Positions 62,331-64,000 of a stretch of DNA of 64,000 bases are shown piece by piece. Under the pieces are notes generated by a model. That model did not search any database. It saw only the letters and a list, made by a program, of their open reading frames with translations, and was not told the origin of the DNA. Made by a program: the position numbers and the translations under genes. The DNA comes from Chloroflexia bacterium (GTDB lineage: Bacteria > Chloroflexota > Chloroflexia > Thermomicrobiales > CADCWN01): NCBI GenBank assembly GCA_039810045.1, contig JBDHWF010000004.1:810-64809 (forward strand), written 5' to 3'. Within the stretch, counting starts at the first letter, position 1. Each line of letters begins with the position of its first letter.

Positions 62331-63140
62331 ATGGGACGCTGCATTACCGTAACCTCGGGGAAGGGGGGCGTCGGGAAAACCACGACAACCGCCAACCTGG
62401 GGATGGCCCTGGCGATGAATGGCAAGAATGTTTGCCTGATCGATGCCGACATTGGTCTGCGTAATCTTGATATTGTGCTGGGTCTGGAAAATCGGATCGT
62501 CTATGATCTGGTCGATGTGATCGAGGGCAACTGTCGCGTCAAGCAGGCCCTGATTCGCGACAAGCACTTTCCGAATCTCTCGCTGATCCCCGCCGCCCAA
62601 ACCCGCGATAAAGACGCTGTTACCCCAGAGCAGATGGCCGAGTTATGCCAGAAGCTGAGCAAAGATTTCGACTTTGTGGTACTTGATTCACCAGCAGGCA
62701 TTGAACAGGGCTTCCGCAACGCGATCGCCGGAGCAGATGAAGTGGTGGTGGTCACTACCCCGGAAGTCTCTGCCGTGCGCGATGCTGACCGTATCATTGG
62801 CTTGGTGGAGGCCGCCGAATTGCCGCCACCACGCCTGATCCTCAATCGGCTCAATCCGGCCCTGGTGCAACGTGGTGAGATGATGACCACGGACGATGTT
62901 CAGGATATTCTGGCGATTGACCTGATTGGAATCGTCCCAGAAGATGCCACCATTGTGATGGCCTCCAACCGTGGCGAACCTGCCGCCCTTTCCGATACCA
63001 GTAAGGCGGGCAAAGCCTACCGCGAAATTGCCCAGCGTTTACTTGGCGAGGAAGTGCCACTGATCATCCCGGTTGCGAATGAAAACTTCCTGACCCGAAT
63101 GATGAACGCCTTCCGCCCACGCCAGCGCGTGGCGAGCTAA
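62331..63140 (+). CDS. minD: Septum site-determining ATPase MinD
   Basis: Deviant Walker A SGKGGVGKTT, DADIGLRNLD, and a C-terminal amphipathic tail. ATG 62331 has GGAGGA 5 nt upstream. Confidence 0.93.
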   Translation: MGRCITVTSGKGGVGKTTTTANLGMALAMNGKNVCLIDADIGLRNLDIVLGLENRIVYDLVDVIEGNCRVKQALIRDKHFPNLSLIPAAQTRDKDAVTPEQMAELCQKLSKDFDFVVLDSPAGIEQGFRNAIAGADEVVVVTTPEVSAVRDADRIIGLVEAAELPPPRLILNRLNPALVQRGEMMTTDDVQDILAIDLIGIVPEDATIVMASNRGEPAALSDTSKAGKAYREIAQRLLGEEVPLIIPVANENFLTRMMNAFRPRQRVAS

Positions 63141-63155
63141 CGGAAGGAGAACAGC

Positions 63156-63521
63156 ATGAGTTTTTTACGGTCGCTCTTTAGCAAAGGCCCAAGCAGCGCC
63201 GAACTCGCCAAGCAACGGCTCCAGGTTGTGCTGGTGCAAGACCATTTGGCAATGCCCCCAGGCACGATGGAGGCGATCAAGGCTGAGATCGCCGAAGTGA
63301 TCTCGCGTCACCTGGATATTGACTCCTCCGGGGTTGAGATCGCCGTTGAGCGGCGCGGACACAACGATGAATTGATCGCCAATATCCCGGTGCGCCGCAA
63401 CTATGGGCGCACCCGCGATGGCGCACCAATTCCGCTTGAACGCCCCAAAGCCCCGCAGGCCGTTGGTCGGGTACGCCCCACAATGACCTCACGACGGTCG
63501 GCAGGGCGGCGACACCGCTAA
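63156..63521 (+). CDS. minE: Cell division topological specificity factor MinE (with C-terminal basic extension)
   Basis: MSFLRSLFSK..SAELAKQRLQVVLVQDH.. is the MinE signature. 121 aa, of which the last 38 or so are Arg/Pro-rich. SD GGAAGGAG. Confidence 0.88.
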   Translation: MSFLRSLFSKGPSSAELAKQRLQVVLVQDHLAMPPGTMEAIKAEIAEVISRHLDIDSSGVEIAVERRGHNDELIANIPVRRNYGRTRDGAPIPLERPKAPQAVGRVRPTMTSRRSAGRRHR

Positions 63522-63547
63522 ACACCAACCACGATTCAAGGATCGCC

Positions 63548-63580
63548 CGCTCGGGTCGGAGGAATCCTCCGGCCCGAGCG
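63548..63580. terminator. Hairpin between convergent minE and kynureninase genes
   Basis: CGCTCGGGTCGGAGGA / TCCTCCGGCCCGAGCG, a 16-bp stem with one T-G wobble. No clear U-tract on either side. Confidence 0.45.
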
Positions 63581-63590
63581 CATCTTCACG

Positions 63591-64000
63591 TTATGCCACC
63601 AGATCGCGACTATCAGCAAACTGTTCATGTTCACGCTGATCGATAATCGCCCGCAGATGCTGTACCACCTGCCAAACATCGTGATATGACGTATAGAGCG
63701 CGATGGGGGCTAGCCGAATCACATTCGGTGGTCGGAAGTCTGGCACTACGCCCCGCGCCTTCAGCGCCTTCACAATCCGCGCCGCCTCGGCGTGTTCCAC
63801 TGCCACATGGCCCCCACGCCGCGCATCGTCACGGGGCGTACCAAGCCCATAGTGATAGGGGGCAGCGGTCAGGCCCGTTTCCTCCAACAGATCGATCAGG
63901 TAGCGGGTCAGGTGCAGCGATTTCTCCCGCACTGCCGCGATTCCGGCTTCGGCAAAGATGGCGAGCGAACCTTGCAATGGAGCGGCACTCAGCGCTTGAA
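63591..64000 (-). CDS. kynU: Kynureninase, C-terminal part (N-terminus beyond the right edge)
   Basis: ..GVVPDFRPPNVIRLAPIALYTSYHDVWQVVQHL.. is the conserved kynureninase C-terminus. The frame stays open to position 64000. Confidence 0.8.
   Translation of the reverse strand, partial: QALSAAPLQGSLAIFAEAGIAAVREKSLHLTRYLIDLLEETGLTAAPYHYGLGTPRDDARRGGHVAVEHAEAARIVKALKARGVVPDFRPPNVIRLAPIALYTSYHDVWQVVQHLRAIIDQREHEQFADSRDLVA

Overview
GC-rich (by eye, not computed), gene-dense bacterial chromosomal segment with about 58 protein-coding genes on both strands and many 0-8 nt start/stop overlaps. Three traits suggest a filamentous Chloroflexota-like monoderm, which I cannot verify here: Pro/Thr/Ala-rich linkers behind lipoboxes, a WD40 receptor kinase, and several GT-C enzymes. 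Content is mostly housekeeping and cell envelope:
- NAD kinase, apt, rsmG, rlmB, mug, glyA, trmD, mgtE, a fused moaD-moaE, and kynureninase (partial).
- MreD-PBP2 and MinCDE.
- An L,D-transpeptidase, two GT-C glycosyltransferases, one GT2, one GT9 and a flippase.
- A sugar ABC transporter, four MFS transporters and several hydrolases/peptidases.
I saw no rRNA, tRNA, CRISPR array, transposase, integrase or phage gene.
Best-supported non-coding calls:
- A ZTP (pfl-motif) riboswitch with an intrinsic terminator upstream of glyA.
- Several sigma-70-type promoters and hairpin terminators.
- A decayed aldo/keto-reductase pseudogene.
The supplied ORF track misses one large truncated gene at the left edge. 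It also over-extends many N-termini; I re-placed starts using Shine-Dalgarno spacing.
I did not find a convincing novel multi-gene system (defence, toxin or RiPP). The least explained pieces are:
- The roughly 390-nt structured leader of mgtE, which lacks the M-box hallmark.
- A terminator-bounded transcript tail or sRNA candidate at 32688-32878.
- An orphan 74-aa protein with its own promoter and terminator.
- A divergent L,D-transpeptidase / ATP-grasp ligase pair with a perfect palindrome between them.
- Homologues of the clinical aminoglycoside enzymes ANT(2'') and AAC(6')-Ib embedded in housekeeping operons.
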